DNA of 39,998 nt from Ignavibacteriaceae bacterium (lineage in GTDB: Bacteria; Bacteroidota; Ignavibacteria; Ignavibacteriales; Ignavibacteriaceae), in NCBI GenBank assembly GCA_034005315.1, contig JAVEUY010000001.1, positions 1 through 39,998 of the forward strand. Direction: 5' to 3'. The notes beneath the pieces were generated by a model. It did no database searches, was not told the origin of the DNA, and saw only the letters and a list, made by a program, of their open reading frames with translations. Both the position numbers and the translations under genes were made by a program. This document shows, piece after piece, positions 21,845-29,389 of this stretch. Every line of letters starts with the position of its first letter. Positions within the stretch are counted from its first letter, which is position 1.

Positions 21845-21867
21845 TCCCTTCTCTTTTGGAGAAGGGA
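21845..21867 (-). terminator. Rho-independent terminator (proximal of two) after the T9SS cargo operon
   Basis: 9-bp stem TCCCTTCTC / GAGAAGGGA (21845-21853 / 21859-21867) with a 5-nt loop. Followed on the minus strand by CTTTTTAAATTT. Begins 19 nt after the stop at 21886. Confidence 0.7.
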
Positions 21868-21885
21868 TTTAGGGATGAGGCTTTT

Positions 21886-24000
21886 TTATTTTGTCAATAT
21901 CATTTTACGGGCTTGTGTAAAACCAGGCGCTGTTAATTGATAGATATAAACTCCACTTGTTAACTTAGAAGCATCAAAATTAACCGAATAAATTCCGGCT
22001 TCTTTATTTTCATTCATAAGTGTTGCAATTTCATTTCCTAAAACATCATAAATTTTTAATTGTACCAACCCTGATTCTTTAATTGAATACTTAATCTGTG
22101 TTGTTGGATTAAATGGATTAGGATAATTAGGCTCTAGTGAATACTCAAAAGATAATGAATGTGAATTGTATTCTGATATTTTCTTGTCACTGCTTTTCTC
22201 ACCAAAACATGAGACTATATTTGATTCGTCTATACTATAGGGGGAATCACTGATCGCAACTACTTTATAAAACAAATTATCAATTCCATCATTGATAAGA
22301 TTAAATTGCATTTGCAAATCTGTGTATTCAAGGGCGGTAGTTGTTGTTAAAAGCTCCCAGGGATTGTTTATGCTAAATTTCCTGTAAACCTTGTAATAAG
22401 CACTTGATCCTAATATTGGGTGTTCGCCCCATACTAATCTTGGATGATCTGAATCATAAGATAAAAACAATCCTTTATCCCAACTGTATATATTGAATGT
22501 TACATTCTGACCTATTATAATTTTTCCTTCGCCGGTAATAAAACCCTGATGTCGTAAATTAATTACAGAATTATTTGCAATAGTTAAAGTTTTTAAATCA
22601 GAAATATCAATTTCACCTGTAACTAAATTAGTGCCTTCCCAATTTAAATCTTCTGTTAAAGTCTGTTTTCCCCAGGCTATTGTTTGCAATGGATCACCGA
22701 TTACATCATTTTGCCAAGCGATATATTGAATTCCTTGATAAATAGCATCTACTACTGAATAGCCCATTGCATAAGCGGGGTAGGAATCACCTTCTCTAAA
22801 TACACCTGCCGTAAGAGGTTCATTAACATTCCCACCTCCGCCTGAACCACCCATTGCAATAAAATCTGATAAATGCCCGAAATGAGAATGCCATTTCCCA
22901 TAGCTAAGAGCATTACCACTTTCCCAAGAATTAAATAAAGCACCATTTGCGTAATTAAACTGAAGTTGAGACCAGATATAAGAAGAATCCCAAAAAGCAT
23001 AATATCCATGAGAACTATATCCTATTATATCATCATTATCGGATGTTACATTACTGTATAAATTATCATACCTGTAATTAAACCCTAAATAATCTAATCT
23101 GTTCGCCGCTAAAGGTATAGTTGAATATCTCATTACGTTTGGGTTGTTGTCCGTGGGTTTATCATCAAGTATCCATTTTTTCTCACCGCTTTTATCTGCT
23201 GAGGTGATTCTGTCAATTAAATCTATTACATCATCATAGGTATCACCATCTAAACGCGAAACTAAATAATTTAAATACCAGCCGCCTGCATTTACAAAGT
23301 GCTGAGATTTAAATCTATAATCCATGGCTGGTGGATAATCTACGCTCAGATATGGGTTAGTATAATGTCCTAAAGTATGGTTATAATAAGTAAAATATAA
23401 AGTTAAGATACTTCTTTCATCCGGTTGATTCATAAGACTTAATAATGCACAGACTGAGGCACCAATACGATAATAATCAGCTGAAGGGCTGAGACGGTAT
23501 GGAAGCCCTTTTATCAGGACTATATACCTGATAGATTCAGTTAGATTATTTTCATCCATATAATTTTTTATAGGTGTTTCAATATAATCTTTATAGTAAA
23601 GCCACTGAGCTTTTCCAGTTATTCCTGGAGGTGGAACCCAACTAATAATAACTTCTCCATCCTGTGCAGGATAATTATAAAAACTATTACTATCACGATA
23701 CCAATTAATAAGATAAGCACTACCCTCTGCACCATAGTTTGCAGAAAGTGGCAGATTGGTTAAAGGACACATATTTATCGATGGAATATTTCTTGCTTGT
23801 TGATAATAAGTTGCAACGGTTTCTGAATTTTCAATATTTGCATTATAGACCACAAGGATTTCAGAAGGCAGTGGAAGATTTGCATAAGTTTTATCTTGCG
23901 CAAGTATATATTCTGGATTTGGATCTTCACCGCTTTCAAGTTGAGCAAAAATTGTTGAGCTTAAAATCAGAAGTAATGATGTAAAAAAAATATTTTTCAT
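21886..24000 (-). CDS. Secreted protein of uncharacterised family with C-terminal T9SS type-A sorting domain
   Basis: Signal peptide MKNIFFTSLLLILSSTIFAQ, using ATG 24000 preceded by AGGTG (track ORF starts 4 codons earlier at 24012). Large N-terminal domain with VLVVYNAN...TVATYYQQARNIP, YLVSRLDG, GGSGGGGNVNEPLTAG and VIGDPLQ. From memory this resembles the uncharacterised TIGR03790-type family; unverified. C-terminus EPNYPNPFNPTTQIKYSI...GVYIYQL...KMILTK is a Por/T9SS CTD. Confidence 0.7.
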   Translation of the reverse strand: MKNIFFTSLLLILSSTIFAQLESGEDPNPEYILAQDKTYANLPLPSEILVVYNANIENSETVATYYQQARNIPSINMCPLTNLPLSANYGAEGSAYLINWYRDSNSFYNYPAQDGEVIISWVPPPGITGKAQWLYYKDYIETPIKNYMDENNLTESIRYIVLIKGLPYRLSPSADYYRIGASVCALLSLMNQPDERSILTLYFTYYNHTLGHYTNPYLSVDYPPAMDYRFKSQHFVNAGGWYLNYLVSRLDGDTYDDVIDLIDRITSADKSGEKKWILDDKPTDNNPNVMRYSTIPLAANRLDYLGFNYRYDNLYSNVTSDNDDIIGYSSHGYYAFWDSSYIWSQLQFNYANGALFNSWESGNALSYGKWHSHFGHLSDFIAMGGSGGGGNVNEPLTAGVFREGDSYPAYAMGYSVVDAIYQGIQYIAWQNDVIGDPLQTIAWGKQTLTEDLNWEGTNLVTGEIDISDLKTLTIANNSVINLRHQGFITGEGKIIIGQNVTFNIYSWDKGLFLSYDSDHPRLVWGEHPILGSSAYYKVYRKFSINNPWELLTTTTALEYTDLQMQFNLINDGIDNLFYKVVAISDSPYSIDESNIVSCFGEKSSDKKISEYNSHSLSFEYSLEPNYPNPFNPTTQIKYSIKESGLVQLKIYDVLGNEIATLMNENKEAGIYSVNFDASKLTSGVYIYQLTAPGFTQARKMILTK

Positions 24001-24013
24001 TGCACACCTCATT

Positions 24014-25567
24014 TTATTTAATTATTGTTAGTTTTTTAACAGCGGTGTGTCCGCTGGTTGTTAACAGCCTGTAAAAGTATATACCTGAGTTTAATTCTCC
24101 TCCTTTCAATTTTATAGTATAATGCCCCGGCTGTTTCTTTTCATTTACTAATTCTTTAATCTTGCTTCCTGTTATATCGTATAATGAAATATTTACTAAC
24201 GTTTCTTCCGGTATTCTGTAATCAATATTTGTTTCTGGATTAAATGGGTTTGGGTAGTTTTGGAAAAGGAAATATTCAAAAGGAATTCTTACTTTAACTT
24301 CTGCTATATTTGAATATTCAAAACTTCCATCGAAATCAATCTGCTTCAATCTATATTGGTAATTACCTGAAGTTAGAGTTTTATCAATAAAAGAATAAAC
24401 CTGTATTTCAGTAGTAGTTCCTTTTCCTCCAACAAAACCGATTACTTCCCAATTTTCATTTGTATTATTACCACTTGCCTCTAACTTCTCACTTCTTTCA
24501 ATTTCGAATCCTTGATTATTTATCTCCGTTGCAGTTATCCAGCTAAGTAAAACATTGTTGCCGTTTATCTCAGCCGAAAAAGATACAAGTTCAACAGGCG
24601 TGGTTCGTCCTGCAGCTCTATATACTCCGTCTAAATGATTTCCTGACCAAATATAACCACTTGGGTCAATCGCAAGCCAATACGCCCCTTGGCCAGGTAA
24701 TCCATAATTTAACCAGGAAATACCATTATTTGTTGAAAGGAATACATAACCCACTGCAGCATAAATATCATCATTTGTATCTAATACAAAATCAATTGGA
24801 CAAGAAAGACCTGAAAACGTATTTGTGTTAAGCCAATAAGAACCATTATTTGTTGTTTTATAAACTCCACACGATCCTAATTCTGGATCATAAGCACTTG
24901 ACATAACAGAACCATCCCTTAAATAAGCCATTGTAGTTACTCCAAGAAATGTATGTCTGTCCCAATTCAATCCTAAATCTGTTGAGCGATATATACCGAA
25001 CCAGGAAGCAAAGTCATTTCCAAAAAACATATAACCTTCTGAATTAATACCTATATTTCTTGCGCCCGGATCAGTAAAATTTGTACTTTGCCAGGTAGCA
25101 CCATTATCAGTTGATCTATATACGCCATAATAATTACTTGCATATATAATTCCGCCAAGTTCATTTGGTATTATAGTTATATCATAAAAATCATTTACTG
25201 GTTTGCTGTTTAATGTATCTGCTATTTTTTCCCAGTACTCACCACCATTGGTTGATTTGTATAAACCACAGCCCGTATTTGATAATCCGGTTGCAGCCAA
25301 ATAAATATTTCCCACATAATCAATAAAAATTTTGTTAATTAATCCAATTTGTAATCCATTATTTTTAAATTCCCAGGACACTCCATTATCAGTTGATTTA
25401 AAAATACCCGTCCAGGAAGCTACAAAAACATTACCGCTGTCATCTACTGCAATATCGTATATTTCTTTACCAGCCAAACCCATAAATTCCCACTGCGGGG
25501 TTTGGGGAAATGTATTTGCAGAAAATAATATTGTAACTAATAAAATATACCTTCTCATATTTAACAT
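24014..25567 (-). CDS. BNR/Asp-box repeat beta-propeller protein with T9SS C-terminal sorting domain (paralog A)
   Basis: 517 aa. Six S/T-x-D/N-x-G-x-x-W repeats (STDNGVSW, STNGGEYW, STDNGATW, STDLGLNW, TTNNGSYW, STNNGISW). A middle beta-sandwich domain (VELVSFSAEINGNNVLLSW...). CTD QNYPNPFNPETNIDY...GIYFYRL. An alternative start at ATG 25558 (MRRYILLV...) is preceded by AAGGA. Confidence 0.85.
   Translation of the reverse strand: MLNMRRYILLVTILFSANTFPQTPQWEFMGLAGKEIYDIAVDDSGNVFVASWTGIFKSTDNGVSWEFKNNGLQIGLINKIFIDYVGNIYLAATGLSNTGCGLYKSTNGGEYWEKIADTLNSKPVNDFYDITIIPNELGGIIYASNYYGVYRSTDNGATWQSTNFTDPGARNIGINSEGYMFFGNDFASWFGIYRSTDLGLNWDRHTFLGVTTMAYLRDGSVMSSAYDPELGSCGVYKTTNNGSYWLNTNTFSGLSCPIDFVLDTNDDIYAAVGYVFLSTNNGISWLNYGLPGQGAYWLAIDPSGYIWSGNHLDGVYRAAGRTTPVELVSFSAEINGNNVLLSWITATEINNQGFEIERSEKLEASGNNTNENWEVIGFVGGKGTTTEIQVYSFIDKTLTSGNYQYRLKQIDFDGSFEYSNIAEVKVRIPFEYFLFQNYPNPFNPETNIDYRIPEETLVNISLYDITGSKIKELVNEKKQPGHYTIKLKGGELNSGIYFYRLLTTSGHTAVKKLTIIK
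24032..24312 (-). repeat. Near-identical block 1, copy A (3' end of paralog A)
   Basis: 281 bp matching 25591-25871 at a constant offset of 1559 nt. I see 2 mismatches. Confidence 0.9.
25347..25506 (-). repeat. Near-identical block 2, copy A (5' mature end of paralog A)
   Basis: 160 bp matching 26921-27080 (offset 1574 nt) with 1 mismatch. Encodes QTPQWEFMGLAGKEIYDIAVDDSGNVFVASWTGIFKSTDNGVSWEFKNNGLQIG. Confidence 0.9.
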
Positions 25568-25572
25568 CCTTA

Positions 25573-27195
25573 TTATTTTAAAAACATTATTTTTTTAACA
25601 GCGGTGTATCCACTGGTTGTTAACAGCCTGTAAAAGTATATACCTGAGTTTAATTCTCCTCCTTTCAATTTTATAGTATAATGCCCCGGCTGTTTCTTTT
25701 CATTTACTAATTCTTTAATCTTGCTTCCTGTTATATCGTATAATGAAATATTTACTAACGTTTCTTCCGGTATTCTGTAATCAATATTTGTTTCTGGATT
25801 AAATGGGTTTGGGTAGTTTTGGAAAAGGAAATATTCAAAAGGAATTCTTACTTTAACTTCTGCTATATTTGAGTATTCAAAGCTTCCATCATAATCTATT
25901 TGCTTAAGTCGGTAATTATAAGTACCAATTGTAACATCCTCATCAATAAAAGTATAATGACTTATTTCTGTAGTTGTCCCATTCCCACCGACAAAACCAA
26001 TCTTCTCCCAATCTTCATTCGTATTCTTACCTCTTGCCTCTAACTTCTCGCTTCTTTCAATTTCGAATCCTTGATTATTTATCTCCGTTGCTGTTATCCA
26101 GCTAAGTAAAACATTGTTATTATTTACCTCTGCAGTAAACGATGCAAGTTCCACCGGTACTGTTCTTCCTGCTGCTCTATATACACCATCTTGATGCGCA
26201 CCTGCCCAAACATATCCGCTTGTGTCAATTGCAAGACAAGTAACAGGATGGTAGCCCGATAAACCATAATTTTTCCATGAATTTCCATCATTAAAGGAAA
26301 CGTATATCCCATCAATGTTTAGACCTCCTATAAAAACATAAATATCATCATTAGTATCTAATAAAAAATCACTAGGGTAATCAAGACCAGAAATTGTATT
26401 TGTATTAAACCAATTGTCCCCATTATTTGTAGTTTTATAAATTCCAAATGAAGCCAAACCTGGGTCATAACAACCTGCCAGAATAGAACCATCTCTTAGA
26501 TAGACCATTGAACTTACTCCAAGAAATGTATGTCTTACCCAGTTCATACCTAAATCTGTAGAGCGATAAATACCAAACCAAGAGGCACATAGGTTACCAA
26601 AAAACATATAGCCGTTTTTATTTATCCCTATATGTCTTGCACAAGGGTCCAAGTAATTTGTGCTTTGCCAGCTCACACCATTGTCTGTTGACCTGTAAAC
26701 ACCGTGCTCGTTACTTACATATATAATTCCGCCAAGTTCATTTGGTATTATAGTTACATCTTCAAAATTATTGTTGGGATTTCTATTTAGTGTATCTGCA
26801 AATCCTAACCAATTTTCTCCACCATCAGTGGATTTATATAAACCATAAGCTGGAAAATTAGCAGAACCACATAAATAAATATTCCCTTCATAATCAATAA
26901 AAAGCTTGTAAATATCTCCTATTTGTAATCCATTATTTTTAAATTCCCAGGATACTCCATTATCAGTTGATTTAAAAATACCCGTCCAGGAAGCTACAAA
27001 AACATTACCGCTGTCATCTACTGCAATATCGTATATTTCTTTACCAGCCAAACCCATAAATTCCCACTGCGGGGTTTGGGCAGCGATATTAAAAGCAAAA
27101 AGTGTGATTAATAATAGTATCAGCTTAAAATAAGATGAGATTTGCGATAATGAATACAACTCAGTTAACGAAGATATTTGATTTTCAATTTGCAT
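25573..27195 (-). CDS. BNR/Asp-box repeat beta-propeller protein with T9SS C-terminal sorting domain (paralog B)
   Basis: 540 aa with the same architecture as paralog A. The signal-peptide region differs (…YFKLILLLITLFAFNIAAQ). The stop lies 5 nt upstream of the paralog A start. Confidence 0.85.
   Translation of the reverse strand: MQIENQISSLTELYSLSQISSYFKLILLLITLFAFNIAAQTPQWEFMGLAGKEIYDIAVDDSGNVFVASWTGIFKSTDNGVSWEFKNNGLQIGDIYKLFIDYEGNIYLCGSANFPAYGLYKSTDGGENWLGFADTLNRNPNNNFEDVTIIPNELGGIIYVSNEHGVYRSTDNGVSWQSTNYLDPCARHIGINKNGYMFFGNLCASWFGIYRSTDLGMNWVRHTFLGVSSMVYLRDGSILAGCYDPGLASFGIYKTTNNGDNWFNTNTISGLDYPSDFLLDTNDDIYVFIGGLNIDGIYVSFNDGNSWKNYGLSGYHPVTCLAIDTSGYVWAGAHQDGVYRAAGRTVPVELASFTAEVNNNNVLLSWITATEINNQGFEIERSEKLEARGKNTNEDWEKIGFVGGNGTTTEISHYTFIDEDVTIGTYNYRLKQIDYDGSFEYSNIAEVKVRIPFEYFLFQNYPNPFNPETNIDYRIPEETLVNISLYDITGSKIKELVNEKKQPGHYTIKLKGGELNSGIYFYRLLTTSGYTAVKKIMFLK
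25591..25871 (-). repeat. Near-identical block 1, copy B (3' end of paralog B)
   Basis: Partner of 24032-24312. Encodes the identical EVKVRIPFEYFLFQNYPNPFNPETNIDYRIPEETLVNISLYDITGSKIKELVNEKKQPGHYTIKLKGGELNSGIYFYRLLTTSG. Confidence 0.9.
26921..27080 (-). repeat. Near-identical block 2, copy B (5' mature end of paralog B)
   Basis: Partner of 25347-25506. Confidence 0.9.
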
Positions 27196-27297
27196 AAGAT
27201 CTTTCTCCTATGTTTTATTCTAACAAATATTACGCCTAATATGCACACTAAAATTAGGCTAAATATAAAACCTTAGCAAATAGTGTCGGGTTAAATG

Positions 27298-27303
27298 TAT
27301 TAT
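27298..27303. repeat. Putative target-site duplication, left copy (TATTAT)
   Basis: TATTAT immediately precedes the left IR. The same hexamer immediately follows the right IR at 28941-28946. The true duplication may be only 4-5 nt of it. Confidence 0.6.
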
Positions 27304-27320
27304 TCTCAAATCCGAAATAG
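27304..27320 (+). repeat. IS left terminal inverted repeat
   Basis: TCTCAAATCCGAAATAG. Its reverse-complement partner is at 28924-28940 (16/17 match). Confidence 0.8.
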
Positions 27321-27385
27321 AAAATAAAAAAGGGCTGTTTAAAGAGCTAAAGAAGGGTTAAATTTGAGAAACAAAAATTCACCTG

Positions 27386-28723
27386 ATGGGTGAAAAGAAA
27401 ATATCAAACAAAAAGATAAAACCAATGAGAGCCATAAAACCATTTAAGATTACCCGGAGTAAAGAAAAATTATCAAACAGAATTGGTTTACCACTGTTAG
27501 AGCAAATCATAGAACATCTAAAAATACGCAAAGCCATAGACGAGAAATTTCCTAAGGCGGGCAGCAATAGAGCTATATCAGCAAGCGATTATATAACAAC
27601 ACTAATGTATATGTTTATAGATGGAGCAGTACACTTAGAAGATGTAAATCATCTACAAAGCGATGAAGCATTTCAAGAGATGCTAAAAGAAATGCAATTG
27701 CCCACAAGTGATGCCATAGGCGACTGGCTAAGAAGACACGGTAGTAAGGAAACAGAAAAACAGTTGTGGGAAGTAATGCAATCAGTGTTGACTGTGGTAG
27801 AAAAACCAGGCAGCATATTAGATATAGATGCAACAATAATTCAATCAGAAAAAGGAGACGCTCAGAGAACATATAAAGGGAACTATGGCTATCAACCACT
27901 GCTTGGAATAATAGCAGAAAACGGTATGGTTGTCGGAAGTGATTTCAGGCAAGGCAATGCATCACCGCAGAGCGGACTGGTAGAGTTGATAGAACAATGC
28001 AGAAGAAATTATTCACAGGAAATAAAAATAGTAAGAAGTGATTCGGCAGGCTGGCAAAAACAAATAGTAAACTATTGTAATGATAATAATCTTGGCTTCA
28101 CAATATCAGCAGACCAAACTACATCAGTATTAGAGGCAATATTATCACTATCAGAAGACCAATGGTCAGATGCAGTTGCTTTGGATGGAATAAAAGAAGG
28201 ATATCAAACAGCACAAACAGAATACAGCTTTGGTTCAAAAAAACGCAAAGTACGATTAGTAGTAAAACGAGAATTACTAAAAAAACAGATTAACTTATTT
28301 AGCAGCTACCGATACTGGATAGTAGCCACAAACCTGAAAGAAAAAGACTATGATAATTATCAGGTAATAAAACTTCATCAAGGCAGGGGTAGTATGGAAA
28401 AGAAGATAGGTGAATTAAAACATCAGATAAACCTAAATCATCTGCCAATGGGACAGTTTAATTCAAACTGTCTTTACTTTACAGTAGGATTGTTAGCATA
28501 CAACCTGTTACAATTACTAAAGCTGGTTGGTTTGCCGGAAGAATATCATAACAAAACAGTAAAAACATTACGCTACCAATTACTAAAACTTGCAGGCAAA
28601 TTAGTATTACACGCAAGATATATGATATTACAAATAGCAGCCCCCATAAAAAACATTCAACTATTTTCAGAAGCTTATTACAAACTTCGTTTTGCTCCGC
28701 TGCCTGTGCCCAGACGGGTTTAA
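27386..28723 (+). CDS. DDE transposase, IS1380-family-like
   Basis: 445 aa. Candidate DDE triad in ILDIDATII, VRSDSAGWQ and HQGRGSMEKKIGELK, the last matching the IS4-type Y/H-x2-R-x3-E-x6-K signature. Family assignment is from memory of IS1380 / DDE_Tnp_1-group proteins. Confidence 0.8.
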   Translation: MGEKKISNKKIKPMRAIKPFKITRSKEKLSNRIGLPLLEQIIEHLKIRKAIDEKFPKAGSNRAISASDYITTLMYMFIDGAVHLEDVNHLQSDEAFQEMLKEMQLPTSDAIGDWLRRHGSKETEKQLWEVMQSVLTVVEKPGSILDIDATIIQSEKGDAQRTYKGNYGYQPLLGIIAENGMVVGSDFRQGNASPQSGLVELIEQCRRNYSQEIKIVRSDSAGWQKQIVNYCNDNNLGFTISADQTTSVLEAILSLSEDQWSDAVALDGIKEGYQTAQTEYSFGSKKRKVRLVVKRELLKKQINLFSSYRYWIVATNLKEKDYDNYQVIKLHQGRGSMEKKIGELKHQINLNHLPMGQFNSNCLYFTVGLLAYNLLQLLKLVGLPEEYHNKTVKTLRYQLLKLAGKLVLHARYMILQIAAPIKNIQLFSEAYYKLRFAPLPVPRRV

Positions 28724-28923
28724 GATTATAACCCTGAACTGATTGACAGAATAAAACATTCATAATAAAAAATGGGGTGAAGTCTGTCCGTACCTTAAAC
28801 AAAAACTAAAAACTATTTGTTATCTCTGCTCAAATACCATAGGTACAACTACTAAATCAATTATAAAGAGTATTTGAGTCATAAATTTCTTTTGTATCCA
28901 ATAAAATTCCGGTCTTTGGTGCT

Positions 28924-28940
28924 CTATATCGGATTTGAGA
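28924..28940 (+). repeat. IS right terminal inverted repeat
   Basis: CTATATCGGATTTGAGA, which is the reverse complement of TCTCAAATCCGATATAG. Confidence 0.8.
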
Positions 28941-28946
28941 TATTAT
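28941..28946. repeat. Putative target-site duplication, right copy (TATTAT)
   Basis: See the left copy at 27298-27303. Confidence 0.6.
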
Positions 28947-29020
28947 GCTAAGTAAGATTAACAGGTAAAGAAAAGAAAGTAGAATTTTTTATGATGGAAG
29001 TAATCTAGATATGTACAAAT

Positions 29021-29045
29021 AAAAAACCCCGATACTTCGGGGTTT
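29021..29045 (-). terminator. Rho-independent terminator after rpmE2
   Basis: 9-bp stem AAACCCCGA / TCGGGGTTT (29024-29032 / 29037-29045) with a 4-nt loop. Followed on the minus strand by TTTTTTATTTGT. Lies 19 nt after the stop. Confidence 0.85.
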
Positions 29046-29063
29046 ATCACACCTGAAAAACTG

Positions 29064-29312
29064 TTATTTCTTTTTGCTGTATTTTTTATTGAACTTCTCA
29101 ACTCTTCCGGCTGTATCAACTAATTTCTGCTTTCCGGTAAAAAACGGATGTGAACCGCTTGAAATATCCAATTTAACCAATGGATATGTTTTTCCATCAG
29201 TCCATTCAATCGTATCATTTGTTTTAATAGTTGATCTGGTTAAAATTGCAAAATCACAAGATGCATCTTGAAATACAACTGGTTTATATTCCGGGTGAAT
29301 TCCTGGTTTCAT
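29064..29312 (-). CDS. rpmE2: 50S ribosomal protein L31, type B (non-zinc form)
   Basis: 82 aa, [21 protein letters not shown]...[13 protein letters not shown]. Closely resembles E. coli YkgM-type L31 and lacks the CxxC zinc ribbon of type A. Confidence 0.9.
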   Translation of the reverse strand: MKPGIHPEYKPVVFQDASCDFAILTRSTIKTNDTIEWTDGKTYPLVKLDISSGSHPFFTGKQKLVDTAGRVEKFNKKYSKKK

Positions 29313-29389
29313 ATCATTCCTAAATATTTGGTTTTCAAAAATTGTGGCTGTAAATATATGAGTTTAAGCTAAATTATCCAATAAATGCT

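Larger units (their letters stand above)
27304..28940 (+). mobile_element. Complete IS element, IS1380-like (IS4-related DDE), about 1.64 kb
   Basis: A single transposase ORF is bounded by 17-nt imperfect inverted repeats: TCTCAAATCCGAAATAG at 27304-27320 and CTATATCGGATTTGAGA at 28924-28940 (16/17). Both ends are flanked by the direct repeat TATTAT. Size and one-ORF layout fit the IS1380 family. Confidence 0.8.

Noticed and set aside
24014-27195. A diversity-generating retroelement or invertible-promoter (shufflon-like) mechanism for the variable propeller cores.
   Set aside because: No reverse transcriptase, template repeat or adenine-specific substitution pattern is evident. No inverted repeats flank the promoter. 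The nearby XerD is the housekeeping type and lies 20 kb away. Tandem duplication with gene conversion is sufficient.
27379-28802. Minus-strand ORFs inside the IS (27379-27567, 27615-27899, 28479-28802).
   Set aside because: They are antisense to the transposase ORF or lie in the IS arm, with no motifs. IS1380-type elements are single-ORF.
29313-29389. A Zur box or zinc-responsive operator upstream of the L31 type B gene.
   Set aside because: I see no convincing palindromic operator in the 77-bp spacer. In FCB-group bacteria, type B is often the only L31, so zinc regulation cannot be assumed.
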